In this document: positions 36,331 through 45,821 of the stretch, piece by piece
How the letters are laid out: each line of letters starts with the position of its first letter
Position numbering within the stretch: position 1 is the stretch's first letter
NCBI GenBank assembly: GCA_045597805.1
Contig: JAZLKW010000024.1
Coordinates: forward strand, 1 to 52,644
Direction of reading: 5' to 3'
Length of the DNA: 52,644 nt
Source of the DNA: Candidatus Avispirillum sp.
Lineage (GTDB): Bacteria > Bacillota > Clostridia > Oscillospirales > CAG-272
Notes under the pieces: model-generated
Seen by the model: the letters and a program-made list of their open reading frames with translations, nothing else
The model's database searches: none
What the model was told of the DNA's origin: nothing
Made by a program: the position numbers and the translations under genes

Positions 36331-37688
36331 TGGCGCCTGTAAATCTGCCCGCGATACCCGAAAGCATTACGGTACATCTGGGCTCACCCTCATCGTCCTC
36401 ACCGAACGTGACCGTCCCTTTCACTGAATACATTAAAAACGTAGCGTCCTCGGAGATATATCCCACATGGCCCGGTGAGGCCCTGCGGGCAAACATCATC
36501 GCGCAAATAACCTTTGCGCTGAACAGGATCTACACGGAATATTACCGCTCCCGCGGATACGATTTCGACATTACGAACTCCACTGCCATCGACCAGTCTT
36601 TCGTGTATGGCCGTGAAATATTCCAGTCGGTGAGCGACGCCGTTGACGAGGTTTTCAACACCTATATCCGTCGTCAGGGCTCGGTGGAGCCGATATACTC
36701 ACTCTACTGCGACGGAGTGGAGAATTCCCGGTGCGGAGGGCTTATCCAATGGGGAACGGTGGATCTCGCGGAGAACGGGCTCACCGCCGAAGAGATCCTG
36801 CGGAGATATTACGGAAACGACATAGAGCTGGTCTCGGCGCCTGTGGGCGGTGTTGCCGAAAGCTATCCGGGCAGAGAGCTTACCGTGGGAACTTCGGGAG
36901 ACGACGTCCGCTATATTCAGACGAGACTGAACCGCATCCGCCGCAATTATCCCGCCATTCCGGAAGCCATCTCCGATGGGATATATGACGATTCCACGGC
37001 GGCCGACGTGAGGAAATTCCAGGAGATCTTCTCCCTGCCGCAGACGGGACGGGTAGACCGTGCCACTTGGTACGCGATACTCCGCATATATGCCGCGGTG
37101 AAGCGGCTTGCCGACCTCAGCTCTGAGGGCGTGTCTCCGGAAGAGGTGACGGGAATATTCCCTGAAACGCTCTCTATCGGATTTGCCGGAGTGGGCGTGA
37201 GGGATCTGCAGTATTTCCTCAGCTTCATTTCCGAGTTCGATCCGGCAGTCCCGCCTGCTAAAATCGACGGCATCTTCGGTCCCGAGACGGAAAACTCCGT
37301 CATATCCTATCAGCGGGAATACGGACTCCCCGAAACAGGGGTGGTGGACCGAGCGACGTGGGAGTCTATCTACAACAATTACCTTGCACTTCTCGGGAGC
37401 CTGCCGCCCGGATTCTTCTCGCCCGTGGCGGAGCCTTATCCGGGGTACCCCATACGGCAGGGCTCGCGGGGGGATTACGTTACGAGAGTACAGAATTATC
37501 TGAATCTCATATCGGACACTTACCCGGAGATCCCCCGGCTCAACGCGGACGGTATTTTCGGGCCCGCCACGCGCGACGCCGTCATCGCCTATCAGCTTCT
37601 CTTCGGGATCGAGCCAACAGGCGTTGTCGCCGCCACCACGTACAATTCCATCGCGGAGACTTATGCGGATTTAGCGGGGAGTAATTAA
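36330..37688 (+). CDS. SleC-like spore cortex-lytic enzyme with three peptidoglycan-binding domains
   Basis: ITVHLG, YIKNVASSEIYPTWP, ALNRIYTEYY; three repeats of the GxDVxxxQ...DGIFG...Q type. Confidence 0.88.
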   Translation: MAPVNLPAIPESITVHLGSPSSSSPNVTVPFTEYIKNVASSEIYPTWPGEALRANIIAQITFALNRIYTEYYRSRGYDFDITNSTAIDQSFVYGREIFQSVSDAVDEVFNTYIRRQGSVEPIYSLYCDGVENSRCGGLIQWGTVDLAENGLTAEEILRRYYGNDIELVSAPVGGVAESYPGRELTVGTSGDDVRYIQTRLNRIRRNYPAIPEAISDGIYDDSTAADVRKFQEIFSLPQTGRVDRATWYAILRIYAAVKRLADLSSEGVSPEEVTGIFPETLSIGFAGVGVRDLQYFLSFISEFDPAVPPAKIDGIFGPETENSVISYQREYGLPETGVVDRATWESIYNNYLALLGSLPPGFFSPVAEPYPGYPIRQGSRGDYVTRVQNYLNLISDTYPEIPRLNADGIFGPATRDAVIAYQLLFGIEPTGVVAATTYNSIAETYADLAGSN

Positions 37689-37708
37689 ATTATTGTTTGT
37701 AGAGGAGA

Positions 37709-37748
37709 AGCATTCAGCATTCGGCATTCAGCCGGCGGCAAAGCCGCC
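37709..37748. repeat. Heptamer repeat (GCATTCA)n plus GGCGGC-AAA-GCCGCC mini-hairpin
   Basis: AGCATTC AGCATTC GGCATTC AGCC followed by the hairpin. Confidence 0.6.
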
Positions 37749-37774
37749 AACACCGAGGAGGCGAAGCCCCGAGC

Positions 37775-37922
37775 GTGTCATTGCGAGGAGACACTCTTTC
37801 CGAAGGAAAGTGGGGCGACGTGGCAATCTCTACTAATGCTTTGATGTCACCTATATTAGATGGGCTAAACCGTTCATAGAGATTGCCACGACCAGTCCTG
37901 CGGACCGGCCTCGCAATGACAC
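37775..37922. mobile_element. GTCATTGCGAG-type palindromic miniature element
   Basis: 14 bp terminal inverted repeat GTGTCATTGCGAGG/CCTCGCAATGACAC and inner 14 bp repeat CGTGGCAATCTCTA/TAGAGATTGCCACG. Confidence 0.75.
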
Positions 37923-38019
37923 CTTTGGAGCGTTCCGCTCCTGCGGTGTGCGGCGGCTTCGCCGCCTTGCGGGCGACCAATGGACGCCCCAACAGAATAG
38001 TCATACGTTTCCGGCATAC

Positions 38020-38102
38020 AAAAAGGGAGGGCAGTTTTCTGCACTCCCTTTATTGGTTTTTTGGTAGTTTCTTTGCGCAGCTTTCTTATCAAAGAAAGCT
38101 GC
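38020..38102. repeat. TTTCTTT element plus terminator-like hairpin downstream of the hydrogenase operon
   Basis: AAAAGGGAGGGCAG/CTGCACTCCCTTT and GCAGCTTTCTT-ATCA-AAGAAAGCTGC. Confidence 0.7.
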
Positions 38103-38111
38103 AAAAACTTC

Positions 38112-39872
38112 TTACAGGCCTCTCTTTACGTAGTGGGTGTGGAGAAGCTCGTGAGCTACGTGGCTGTTGGGCTCGCCGAGGAAGTCCTCATAGACCTTCT
38201 TAACGATGGAGTTCTCGTGGGACTTTCTGATGCCCAGCTTCTTGTCTGCATCGTAGAGGACCTTAGCGCGGACTGCTCTCAGGTCGATGGAGTTGCGTAC
38301 GGATGCGGGCTGGATAGGCTGACCGCCGCCGTTTACGCAGCCGCCGGGACAAGCCATGATCTCGATGAAGTCTGCCTTATACTCGCCGGACTGGATGCCC
38401 TTGAGAAGCTTGGATGCGTTGCCCGTACCGGATGCTACTGCAACACGGAGCTCAAGACCGCCCAGATTGTAGTTCGCGAACTTGATGCCGTCGGTGCCGC
38501 GGACGTCCTCAAAGTCGATGCTGATGTCAGCATCCTCAAGAGACTTGCCGAGGATGACCTCTGCGGCAGTTCTCAGAGCTGCTTCCATTACGCCGCCGGT
38601 AGCGCCGAAGATAGCGCCTGCGCCGGAACCGATATCAACGGGCTGGTCAAACTTCTCATCGGGAAGTGCCTTGAAATTGATTCCGGAAGACTCGATGAGT
38701 CTGCCCAGCTCTCTGGTTGTTACCGCTACGTCTACGTTTGCAAGTCCGTCGTTGGACTGACCGTCGCGGCCTACCTCGAACTTCTTTGCTGTGCAGGGGA
38801 TAGCAGATACGAAGAATACGTCCTTGGGATCTACGCCCATCTTCTTGCAGAAGTATGCCTTATACATAGCACCGAACATCTGCTGAGGAGATTTACATGT
38901 GGACAGATTCTCTGTCATTTCAGGGAAGTAATGCTCGCAGAACTTGATCCATCCGGGTGAGCAGGAGGTGATCATGGGCAGTTTGCCGCCGTTCTTGATC
39001 CTTCCGATGAGCTCATAGCCCTCTTCCATAATGGTAAGGTCTGCTGTGAAGTTCATATCATATACGCCGTCAAAGCCGAGACGCTTCAGAGCCGCTACCA
39101 TCTTGCCTTCGCAATCAGTTCCGGGCTCATATCCGAAGCATTCGCCGATCTGCGCACGAACGGAGGGGGCGCAGCAGATAGCAACGTGCTTTGTGGGATC
39201 GTTGAGAGCTGCAACGATCTTCGCCGTATCATCTCTCTCATAGAGTGCACCGACAGGGCAGGATACGATACACTGACCGCAGTTGATGCAGGATGTGGTT
39301 GCCAGATCCTGTTCAAATGCACAGCCTACCATTGTGTCATAGCCTCTGTTCTGTGCGCCGATAGCTCCGATTCCCTGTACCTTATTACATGCACCTACGC
39401 ATCTGCGGCAAAGGATACACTTATTGGGGTCACGAACGATGGAGGGGCCGGATGCTTCTACTTCGAATGCAGGCTTTTCATCGGGGGTGAAATAATCTTC
39501 CTCAACGCCGAAATCATGTGCATACTTCTGGAGCTCACAGGTTTTGGAGCGGATGCAGGACAGGCACTTCTTCTCGTGAGCGGAAAGAACCAGCTGGATG
39601 TTCATCTTGCGTGCGTTCTTTACCTTCTCGGTGTTGGTGAGGATCTCGGTTCCGTCTCTTTCAATGGGGTATACGCAGGAGGTAACGAGGCCTCTCGCGC
39701 CTACTACTTCTACGAGGCAGAGACGGCATGCACCTATCTCGTTTACGTCCTTCAGGTAGCAGAGCGTGGGGATATCGATTCCCGCCATTTTGCAGGCTTC
39801 GAGTACTGTGGTACCGTAAGGCACCTGGTAATCGTTGCCGTCTATTTTAATGTTAAGCATTTTGGTTTCCAT
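38112..39872 (-). CDS. hydA: NAD(P)-linked [FeFe]-hydrogenase catalytic subunit (HydA/HndD)
   Basis: H-cluster motifs TSCSPGW, PCTAKKFE and EIMACPGGCVNGGGQP; N-terminal 2Fe-2S and 4Fe-4S Cys motifs. Confidence 0.96.
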   Translation of the reverse strand: METKMLNIKIDGNDYQVPYGTTVLEACKMAGIDIPTLCYLKDVNEIGACRLCLVEVVGARGLVTSCVYPIERDGTEILTNTEKVKNARKMNIQLVLSAHEKKCLSCIRSKTCELQKYAHDFGVEEDYFTPDEKPAFEVEASGPSIVRDPNKCILCRRCVGACNKVQGIGAIGAQNRGYDTMVGCAFEQDLATTSCINCGQCIVSCPVGALYERDDTAKIVAALNDPTKHVAICCAPSVRAQIGECFGYEPGTDCEGKMVAALKRLGFDGVYDMNFTADLTIMEEGYELIGRIKNGGKLPMITSCSPGWIKFCEHYFPEMTENLSTCKSPQQMFGAMYKAYFCKKMGVDPKDVFFVSAIPCTAKKFEVGRDGQSNDGLANVDVAVTTRELGRLIESSGINFKALPDEKFDQPVDIGSGAGAIFGATGGVMEAALRTAAEVILGKSLEDADISIDFEDVRGTDGIKFANYNLGGLELRVAVASGTGNASKLLKGIQSGEYKADFIEIMACPGGCVNGGGQPIQPASVRNSIDLRAVRAKVLYDADKKLGIRKSHENSIVKKVYEDFLGEPNSHVAHELLHTHYVKRGL

Positions 39873-39893
39873 TATTATACTCTCGCTCCTTCC

Positions 39894-41717
39894 TTATTTC
39901 TTTGAGATTGCCTTGAGCTTACAGTTGCCCATACATACGCCGCACTTGATACACTTCTGGGTATCTATCTCATAAGAGGGGAGCTTATGACCGGGTGCTG
40001 TATAGTCGGTCTTCGAGATTGCGCTTACGGGGCAGTTCTTTGCGCAAAGTCCGCAGCCTACGCACTTATCCTTGTCGATATTGAAGGAAAGCAGCTTCTT
40101 GCAGACGCCTGCGGGACATCTCTTCTCTTTGATATGTGCTTCATACTCGTCACGGAAGTAACGGAGGGTGGACAGAACAGGGTTGGGAGCTGTCTGACCG
40201 AGACCGCAAAGAGATGCGCTCTTGATATAGTTCGCAAGCTCCTCCAGCTTGTCGATATCTTCCATCTCGCCCTTGCCGTCCGTGATCTTATTGAGCAGTT
40301 CGAGCATACGTACTGTACCGATACGGCAGGGTGCGCACTTACCGCAGGACTCGTCTACGGTGAACTCAAGGAAGAACTTGGCAAGGTCGACCATACAGGT
40401 GTCCTCGTCCATAACGATAAGTCCGCCGGAGCCCATCATAGAGCCGATGGCGAGAAGGTTATCGTAGTCGATAGGAGTATCTATAAGGCTTGCGGGGATA
40501 CAGCCGCCGGAAGGTCCGCCGGTCTGTGCTGCCTTGAATTTCTTGCCGTTGGGGATGCCGCCGCCGATCTCTTCGATGATCTCACGGAGCGTGGTACCCA
40601 TAGGAACCTCAACAAGACCCGTATTGGTGATCTTGCCGCCCAGAGCGAATACCTTGGTGCCCTTGGACTTCTCAGTACCCATAGATGCAAACCAATCAGC
40701 ACCCTTCAGGATGATCTGAGGAATGTTTGCGTATGTCTCAACGTTGTTGAGGATGGTGGGCTTCTCAAACAGACCCTTTACTGCCGGGAACGGAGGACGG
40801 GGACGAGGCTCGCCGCGCTTACCCTCGATAGAGGTCATAAGTGCTGTTTCCTCACCGCATACGAATGCGCCTGCGCCCAGACGGAGCTGGATATCAAAGT
40901 TGAAGCCGGTGCCGAGAATATTATTTCCGAGCAGGCCGTATTCTCTTGCCTGTTCGATAGCGATGTTCAGTCTCTTTACTGCGATGGGGTACTCTGCACG
41001 AACGTAGATATAACCCTGATCAGCGCCGATCGCGTAGCCTGCGATAGCCATTGCTTCGAGAACTGCGTGGGGGTCACCCTCAAGAACGGAACGGTCCATG
41101 AATGCACCCGGGTCGCCCTCGTCTGCGTTACAGCAAACGTACTTCTTACCCTGGGAGCCCATTGCAAACTTCCACTTCAGACCTGTGGGGAAGCCTGCGC
41201 CGCCGCGGCCGCGGAGTCCGGAATCAAGCAGGGTCTGGACTACTTCTTCTCTGGACATTTCCTGGAGGACCTTTGCCAGAGCGAAGTAACCGTCCATAGC
41301 TATGTACTCGTCGATCTTCTCGGGGTTGATAACACCGCAGTTACGGAGCGCAACTCTCTTCTGCTTCTTATAGAATGCTGTTTCGCTGAGGGAGGAGCCG
41401 ATCTCTTTCTCTTCAGCACTTTTATCTCCTGCTGCTTCGTTATAAACCAGTCTGTCAACGATTCTTCCTTTAAGAAGATGCTCGGAAACGATTTCCTTTA
41501 CGTCGTCAACTGTTACTCTTGAATAGAATGTTCCCTCGGGATATACGATCATGATCGGACCGAGAGCACACAGACCGAAGCATCCGGTCTGGACAATCTT
41601 TACCTCTTCATCGAGGCCCTGAGCCTTAAGCTCATCTGCGAGTGCCGCTCTGATCTTGGCACTGCCGGAGGATGTACAGCCGGTACCTCCGCAAATCAGG
41701 ACATGTGAACGAACCAT
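39894..41717 (-). CDS. hydB: NuoF-like flavin subunit of bifurcating hydrogenase (HydB/HndC)
   Basis: GLRGRGGAGFPTG, NADEGDPG, GAGAFVCGEET, ESCGKCAPCR and C-terminal 2x[4Fe-4S]. Confidence 0.95.
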   Translation of the reverse strand: MVRSHVLICGGTGCTSSGSAKIRAALADELKAQGLDEEVKIVQTGCFGLCALGPIMIVYPEGTFYSRVTVDDVKEIVSEHLLKGRIVDRLVYNEAAGDKSAEEKEIGSSLSETAFYKKQKRVALRNCGVINPEKIDEYIAMDGYFALAKVLQEMSREEVVQTLLDSGLRGRGGAGFPTGLKWKFAMGSQGKKYVCCNADEGDPGAFMDRSVLEGDPHAVLEAMAIAGYAIGADQGYIYVRAEYPIAVKRLNIAIEQAREYGLLGNNILGTGFNFDIQLRLGAGAFVCGEETALMTSIEGKRGEPRPRPPFPAVKGLFEKPTILNNVETYANIPQIILKGADWFASMGTEKSKGTKVFALGGKITNTGLVEVPMGTTLREIIEEIGGGIPNGKKFKAAQTGGPSGGCIPASLIDTPIDYDNLLAIGSMMGSGGLIVMDEDTCMVDLAKFFLEFTVDESCGKCAPCRIGTVRMLELLNKITDGKGEMEDIDKLEELANYIKSASLCGLGQTAPNPVLSTLRYFRDEYEAHIKEKRCPAGVCKKLLSFNIDKDKCVGCGLCAKNCPVSAISKTDYTAPGHKLPSYEIDTQKCIKCGVCMGNCKLKAISKK

Positions 41718-41732
41718 ACTTTTTTCCTCCTA

Positions 41733-42104
41733 TCAGAGTTTTGTATTACCGATAAGGTATTCGGCAACGGGGGCGCCGCCTTTAAGGTGTTTCTCAACTA
41801 CCTCTTTTGCCTTCTCGGCTGTCATTTTTACATATGTTACCTTTTCTTTACCGTCCTCGTAGATCTCTACGACGGGCTCGTACTGGCAGATACCGATGCA
41901 TCCTGTCTGTGTGACCATTACCTTATCAGCAAGTCCTGCATTGGTTACCTCCTCTACGAATGTGTTAAGAACAGGTCTTGCACCGGCGGAGATACCGCAG
42001 GTCGCCATACCGACTACGACTCTTACTGCACCGCTTCCGGTACGAATCGCAACCTTGTCCTTCATCTGCTCTCTTATAGCTTGAAGTTCGGCTAAAGATT
42101 TCAT
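41733..42104 (-). CDS. Thioredoxin-like 2Fe-2S ferredoxin subunit (HydD/HndB)
   Basis: VGMATCGISAGA and TGCIGICQYEP motifs. Confidence 0.9.
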   Translation of the reverse strand: MKSLAELQAIREQMKDKVAIRTGSGAVRVVVGMATCGISAGARPVLNTFVEEVTNAGLADKVMVTQTGCIGICQYEPVVEIYEDGKEKVTYVKMTAEKAKEVVEKHLKGGAPVAEYLIGNTKL

Positions 42105-42134
42105 GCTTTTGTTCCTTTCATATATAATTATTTT

Positions 42135-42683
42135 TTATATCTGACTGTATTGGTCGGTAAGGAATTCTTTTATGAATCCCAGAACCTCGTAAGAATTGAG
42201 AGGTATATCCTCTCCCAGGATCGCCCTCATCTCGGCGGTATCAAGTGCCGCCTCGCCACTCTCCTTAGTGTGCCGGAAAACGAAATCCCGGTCGGGATTT
42301 CCCTGCACCAGAGTGATGACGGTCTCGACCATATCGCCAAGGGGGATAAAGTCTATGTGATCTGTGTGGAATACTGCGCAGACCCGTGTTCCGTGGTCTT
42401 CTCCCTCCGATTCCGGCTTTGATGTGATTATCACATTTCCGCCCGTCTGCTCTGCGAGCATACGGAGGAAGGGCACGCCCAGTCCCACTTTTCTGGTTTT
42501 TCTCGTGGTGAAGAACGGGTCTGCCAGCCTTTCCACCTGCTCAGCTGTCATTCCGCAGCCGTCGTCGGTGATCTCAAGCGTCAGCACGTTCTCCTTTTCC
42601 GTAAGGGTTATCGAAATATTTTTCGCTCCCGCTCTTACGGAATTCATTGAGATATCAAGTATATAGAGAGACAAATCCTTCAT
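42135..42683 (-). CDS. Histidine kinase-like ATPase (HATPase_c)
   Basis: DISMNSVRAGA, DDGCGM and DPFFTTRKTRKVGLG motifs. Confidence 0.9.
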   Translation of the reverse strand: MKDLSLYILDISMNSVRAGAKNISITLTEKENVLTLEITDDGCGMTAEQVERLADPFFTTRKTRKVGLGVPFLRMLAEQTGGNVIITSKPESEGEDHGTRVCAVFHTDHIDFIPLGDMVETVITLVQGNPDRDFVFRHTKESGEAALDTAEMRAILGEDIPLNSYEVLGFIKEFLTDQYSQI

Positions 42684-43414
42684 TTTCCCTCCAAAAGGTC
42701 TATGAGCTTCTCCCGCACGAACGCGCCCGAATACGGCTCATCCTCCAGAAAGAAGAAGTTTTCCGCCTCCGATATATCCCACAGATAATGGGCATCGGAG
42801 CTTTTTACGCATCTCATGCCTTCAAGGCACGGGAATCTCTCCTCCATTTTCGCCCGGTCGCCTTTTCCGCTTATCTCATAAGAAGTATAGGACAGCCAGT
42901 CGGGAAATGTACCGAGGATCTCAACCGCTCCGTTTGAAGGTCTGTCGATATGTGCGGGATAGCACACACCGCCCAGCCTGCGGCACAGCTCCGTCCCCTC
43001 ATCCAGAGACAGCTCCGTGGCGTTGAGAAGCAGGTCTTCCTCTTCTCCCGTTACGTTATCCTCTTCATCCATAATTACCTGTTTTCCGAAGATATCCGCA
43101 CGGTTTTTAATTCTTATTTTTCTTTTATCCGCCTCGCGCCCGAAATCCATAGCTCCGTCCAGGTCACGGAACAGGCACAGCAGGTGAATATCCTCTGCCG
43201 TTGTCAGCTCCATACCTCCCACGGGGATCACCCCGTATGCCTTGCACGCTTTAAAAAACGCGGGCAGGTTAAGCGTGGAATTATGGTCGGTCAGTGCGGC
43301 GATCTGCAAGCCTTTTACCGCCGCCATTCCCGCAATATTTGCGGGAGTGCTTTCGTTATCCCCGCATGGGGACAGGCAGGAATGTATGTGCAGATCGTAA
43401 TAATACTTATTCAT
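42680..43414 (-). CDS. PHP-domain phosphoesterase
   Basis: DLHIHSCLSPC, TDHN, PAHIDR and SSDAH motifs; start placed at 43414. Confidence 0.9.
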   Translation of the reverse strand: MNKYYYDLHIHSCLSPCGDNESTPANIAGMAAVKGLQIAALTDHNSTLNLPAFFKACKAYGVIPVGGMELTTAEDIHLLCLFRDLDGAMDFGREADKRKIRIKNRADIFGKQVIMDEEDNVTGEEEDLLLNATELSLDEGTELCRRLGGVCYPAHIDRPSNGAVEILGTFPDWLSYTSYEISGKGDRAKMEERFPCLEGMRCVKSSDAHYLWDISEAENFFFLEDEPYSGAFVREKLIDLLEGK

Positions 43415-43736
43415 TGAGGACTTTGCCGATTTCCCGGCAAAGCTCAAAGGTACTGCGGCTGTCTGAAAAGATCGTCACGCCTTTTTCCCTTGCGGCATCC
43501 AGCGCGTCCGGGTCGGGGGAAACGCCCTCCGCCATGATGACACACGCCGCATCGGTAAGGCTCGCCACGGCGATCACGTTGAGGTTCGACATTATGGTCA
43601 CCCACACATCGCCCTCTTCAGCATGGCTCATGACCCAGCTTAACAGGTCTCCGGCATAGCATCCGGAAACTTCGGCGGACATATCTCCGCACAGCGGCTC
43701 GATTTTCAGATATCCGGCAAGTTCACTGAGTTTCAT
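43407..43736 (-). CDS. DRTGG-domain protein
   Basis: GCYAGDLLSWVM, VWVTIM and NVIAVA motifs; start placed at 43736. Confidence 0.85.
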   Translation of the reverse strand: MKLSELAGYLKIEPLCGDMSAEVSGCYAGDLLSWVMSHAEEGDVWVTIMSNLNVIAVASLTDAACVIMAEGVSPDPDALDAAREKGVTIFSDSRSTFELCREIGKVLNE

Positions 43737-45024
43737 CTTTTTTCTCCGCTCTGTCGTTTGCGTGTCCCTGAATATATGCGCTGTATGCCTGACGCATGAA
43801 CACCACGCATTCATCAGCCCGTGCCGTTCCGGTGATAACGTCCTCCGCAAATGCCGCGCAGGAGGGTGCGCCGCAGGAGCCGCAGTCTAGATCGGGAAGA
43901 TCCTTTCTTATCTCCTGTATATCGGCCATCATCCGCATGGCCTCCATTCTGTCCTCGGACAGAGCGGGTGTGGGATAATACCTTACCTCCGGGGAAACTA
44001 CGCCGTCCGGTATTTCGATCTCTCCGCCCTTCATATTGGGGGATACGGGGAGATACCGTCTGAGAGAGTGGATCCTCGCCTTTGCTATGTACGGATTCGC
44101 CACGGTCATCACACCGCCGACGCACCCGCCCATGCAGGCGTTCAGCTCCACGAATTCAAGCTCGGAAATATCGGAATTGTCTATCTGTTCAAGCACACGG
44201 ATAACATTTTCGATACCGTCCGCCGCCAGATATTTTTCGTTGAATATTGATGTGCTCTCGCCGCCGGTGACAGCCCAGCTGATGCCTAAATTGCCCGCTT
44301 CGGTCCCGGTCTCCGGAACCTTTATGTCACCCATGAATCCGATAAGCTTAAAGTACACATCGGACACGGAAAGCACCGCATCAACATAGCTCTTTTTTCC
44401 GGAAAGTCCGTTTTTAACGTAGCTGTATTTTGCAGGACAGGGGGAAATGAATATACAGCCTATATCCTCTTCGGACAGCTCCGGATGCTCCGCCATCGCT
44501 TCCTCTCGTGCCAGCTTGCCCGCAAGCTCTACGGGCGGCAATATGGGGAGGATATTATCGCAGAGAAAGGGAAAGCGCATACTGATGAGTCTCACTACGA
44601 CCGGGCAGGCCGAACTGATGACGGGCTTTTTCAGCCCCTCTCTTTTCATATACTGCCTGGTATAATCAGAGACAAGCTCCGCCGCCTTTGCCACCTCAAA
44701 GACTTTATCAAAGCCCATTTTGTAAAGGCCGTCGATAACGTAATCGATATCGTCCAGGTGGTCGAACTGACCGTAGAGGGACGGGGCGGGCAGCGCGATC
44801 TTATACTTATAGTCGTCCAGGACCGAAAGAGGATCGTGAATCGACTTCTTCGCGCTGTAAGGGCACACTCTGATACATTCTCCGCAATCAATACACTTCT
44901 GCGGATTGATGCTTGCTTTTCCGTCGCGGACTCTTATTGCCTCAGTGGGGCATCTTCTCACGCAGTGGGTACATCCCTTACACTTTTCAACGTCGAGGGA
45001 AACGGAGTGATTGTATTCCGTCAT
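43723..45024 (-). CDS. [FeFe]-hydrogenase-like Fe-S protein with degenerate H-cluster motifs (putative sensor)
   Basis: N-terminal 2x[4Fe-4S]; SSACP, SPCPAK and ELNACMGGCVGG; C-terminal LDCGSCGAPSC. Confidence 0.85.
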   Translation of the reverse strand: MTEYNHSVSLDVEKCKGCTHCVRRCPTEAIRVRDGKASINPQKCIDCGECIRVCPYSAKKSIHDPLSVLDDYKYKIALPAPSLYGQFDHLDDIDYVIDGLYKMGFDKVFEVAKAAELVSDYTRQYMKREGLKKPVISSACPVVVRLISMRFPFLCDNILPILPPVELAGKLAREEAMAEHPELSEEDIGCIFISPCPAKYSYVKNGLSGKKSYVDAVLSVSDVYFKLIGFMGDIKVPETGTEAGNLGISWAVTGGESTSIFNEKYLAADGIENVIRVLEQIDNSDISELEFVELNACMGGCVGGVMTVANPYIAKARIHSLRRYLPVSPNMKGGEIEIPDGVVSPEVRYYPTPALSEDRMEAMRMMADIQEIRKDLPDLDCGSCGAPSCAAFAEDVITGTARADECVVFMRQAYSAYIQGHANDRAEKKDETQ

Positions 45025-45043
45025 TGTGCTCACCTCAAATGTG

Positions 45044-45469
45044 TCATGTATTCACCGTCATCGTAATGGTAGTGCCCTCACCCACCACGGTGTCGATCAC
45101 CATGGAATCGGTATATTTTTTCATATTGGGCAATCCCATTCCGGCACCGAATCCGAGAGAACGGATATTTTCCTTCGCAGTGGAAAAGCCCTCCTGCATG
45201 GCTCTCTCCACATCCTCAATTCCGGGTCCGTGGTCACTAAGAACCATAGTAATTTTATCAGCTGAGACTTCCACCTCGGCAACACCGCCGTCGGCGTGTA
45301 TCACCATATTGATCTCGCCCTCATACATGGCAATTGCCACGCGGCGGATAATATCGGGGGAAAAGCCCATCTGACGAAGAGTTTTCTTAACCGCCGCGGA
45401 TGCCGCGCCTGCAGATGAAAAATCGCTGCCGTCGACATCGTAACGGAAAACTACATTGTCTTCGCCCAT
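45044..45469 (-). CDS. RsbT-like anti-sigma regulatory factor / Ser-Thr kinase
   Basis: YEGEINMVIHA, DHGPGI, GFST and GAGMGLPN motifs; start placed at 45469. Confidence 0.88.
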   Translation of the reverse strand: MGEDNVVFRYDVDGSDFSSAGAASAAVKKTLRQMGFSPDIIRRVAIAMYEGEINMVIHADGGVAEVEVSADKITMVLSDHGPGIEDVERAMQEGFSTAKENIRSLGFGAGMGLPNMKKYTDSMVIDTVVGEGTTITMTVNT

Positions 45470-45470
45470 A

Positions 45471-45821
45471 TCAGCCACCGATATGTCCGGTAAGACCGGC
45501 ACCGTACAGCTTTCCGCAGGCTTCGAACATACGCAGGTCCGTCTTCATGAGAACGAGCCCCGAAGCCTTTGCCAGACTTATCATCTCCTCCGTGGGAGCT
45601 TTTTTTCTGACAAATACTATGCAGCGCATATCCATCATTTCCGCAGTTCTCACGACCTGAGGATTTACAAGTCCCGTCAGCAGCACAGCCTGGTCCTTAA
45701 CGAATGCGAGCACATCGCTCATCATATCGCTGGAGCATGCGGAACAGACCTCGCAGTCGAGCTCGTCCTCGCCGCACAGAATATCGGCTGAAAGCAGTTC
45801 TTTGATCTCGGTAATTTTCAT
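45471..45821 (-). CDS. DRTGG-domain protein
   Basis: SDMMSDVLAF, LLTGLVNPQVVRTA and FEACGKLY motifs. Confidence 0.85.
   Translation of the reverse strand: MKITEIKELLSADILCGEDELDCEVCSACSSDMMSDVLAFVKDQAVLLTGLVNPQVVRTAEMMDMRCIVFVRKKAPTEEMISLAKASGLVLMKTDLRMFEACGKLYGAGLTGHIGG

Noticed and set aside
32493-41522. Long antisense ORFs such as 32493-34322 and 39987-41522 (also 14793-16055 and 9480-10598)
   Set aside because: Shadow frames of well-supported GC-rich genes, with no motifs or RBS.
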